This document shows positions 62,475 through 64,000 of a stretch of DNA of 64,000 nt, one piece after another (within the stretch, counting starts at the first letter, position 1; every line of letters starts with the position of its first letter). The DNA is taken from contig JAUCBJ010004880.1 in the NCBI GenBank assembly GCA_032718475.1, positions 1 through 64,000 of the forward strand, written 5' to 3'. Source of the DNA: Nemertoderma westbladi (taxonomy: Eukaryota > Animalia > Xenacoelomorpha). The position numbers and the translations under genes were made by a program. The notes beneath the pieces are model-generated. The model saw only the letters and a list, made by a program, of their open reading frames with translations, was not told where the DNA came from and made no database searches.

Positions 62475-64000
62475 CTTATAAACAAAAAGTGGAGAAACAG
62501 CATGATCAACTGCAAGGCATACAGCTCGTTCAACCTAATTGGTTCGGACCACATAATTGTGTCTGCAGAGATCAGACTCAGTTTGAGAGCCATCAAACCC
62601 AGGACAAGCAAGCAAATCAACTATGACTGGGAGAAACTCAGAACTGACAATGCAGTAAAGGATACTTACACAGTAGAAGTACAAAACCGCTTTGAAGCAC
62701 TTCAGTCAATGAATGAAGGCCAGTCCACCAATTCAATATACCAGAATATAATAACAGTCCACAAGGAATCAGCTAGGAGGCATATCCCCCAGAAACCCAA
62801 ACACAGTATGTGCCATGGAAAAACTCTGAGGTTACTTGTAAGAGAGAAGATCTTAAAATAGCCTACAAAGTAAAAACCGAACAACCAACAACCGAAAACA
62901 TTAACAAGTTTGAGAAAGCTGAGGACGATCTTAAATTGGCCTACAACATCAGCCAGGAGAAGTACATACAGGATAAAACTGAGGCAATTACAACTGCATA
63001 CATACAGCAACAATCAAGACTTACCTGACAAACTGTAAATGAGGTATCTGGTCGGAAAAGTTGTGCAAAGAGGCGCCTCAAAGCCGATAGTCCTGAAGAA
63101 TATGTTGGGAAGTGGAAAAATCACTTCAGCAACTTGCTTGGGCAGCCACCAAACATCGAGGTCAGCCCTACGAGGAAAATATATGACAAGACACTACCTA
63201 TAGAAACAGGGGACTTCACACCTGCCGAACTCCAAAGAAGCATTAAAAGCATGTCCAATAATAAAGCTAGTGGATTAGATGAAATCCCAGCGGAGGTATG
63301 GAAAACTGAAGTGCTAAACAGACCATTATTGAATGTTTGCAACCAGATGTTAAAAGGGGAAAAGCCACCACCAATTTGGACTAAAGGTCAACTAAATCCT
63401 CTCCCCAAGAAAGGAGACCTCGGTATCCGACCAACAAACTATCATGGGATCTGTCTGCTTGTGGTAGCTGCCGAAATATACAATAAAATTATTCTTTATA
63501 GGATTAGGCCTCACATAGAGAAACTACTGCGTAAGAGCCAAAACGGATTTTGACCAAATAGATCAATAAAATCTCAGATACTTGCACTGGAGACTGATTG
63601 AAGGAATTAAGTCAAAGAAATCTCCCCACAGTCATGACTTTTGTGGACTTCAAGAAGGCATTCGACTCCATCCATAGAGGTAAAATGCTTGAAATCCTAA
63701 GAGCTTATGGAATACAAGAAGTAATTGATGCTGGCATTGGATTGTTATATTGTGACACAGAAGCACAGGTACTGTCACCAGATGGTGAAACTGAGTTTTT
63801 CTCAATCCTGGCTGGCGTACTGCAAGGTGACACATTAGCACCACTACTATTTGTAATTGTGCTGGATTACGCAATGAGGACGGCCACAAAGGGTGAAGAC
63901 CTGGGATTCACACTTCAAGAACGCAGAAGTAGTAGATATCCGGCAACTACAGTTACAGACACCGACTTTGCGGATGACATCGCCCTGCTCTCTAATACCT
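62475..64000 (+). mobile_element. Degenerate RTE-clade LINE ORF2 (second family), runs off the window
   Basis: GSDH, KASGLDEIPAEVWK, PLPKKGDL..NYHGICL, QNGF, FVDFKKAFDSIHR, GVLQGDTLAP, DFADDIALLS, with stops and frameshifts. Confidence 0.92.

Overview
AT-rich, repeat-dense invertebrate-type animal genomic DNA. The main feature is the 5' half of a plus-strand Cav2-type voltage-gated calcium channel alpha-1 gene (cacophony/CACNA1A-B-E family). I can splice 14 coding exons (19177-61783) into one uninterrupted frame running from the N-terminus through domain I (P-loop TMEGW), the AID, and domain II (TGEDW) into IIS6; the gene continues past the window. The first coding intron is a minor-spliceosome (U12) AT-AC intron. 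Introns and the upstream flank are packed with transposons: RTE, L2/CR1-group and CRE LINEs, a Gypsy integrase remnant, Kolobok elements with TTAA TSDs (one with a nested LINE and SINE), a near-intact THAP/P-element with 45-bp TIRs and an 8-bp TSD, a MULE-like element, TA-TSD foldback MITEs, Helentron-like MITEs and Nin-type SINEs. The most unusual pattern is that three splice junctions of the channel gene have themselves been tandemly amplified into the intron: an 83-bp donor x3, a 24-bp donor x218 (5.26 kb) and a 50-bp acceptor x5. In each case only the exon-proximal copy keeps the reading frame. The channel also has Gln at the IS4 position equivalent to human Cav2.1 R192 and a modified QxxER motif. 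All calls were made by eye; family names and comparisons with human genes come from recalled knowledge, not database searches.
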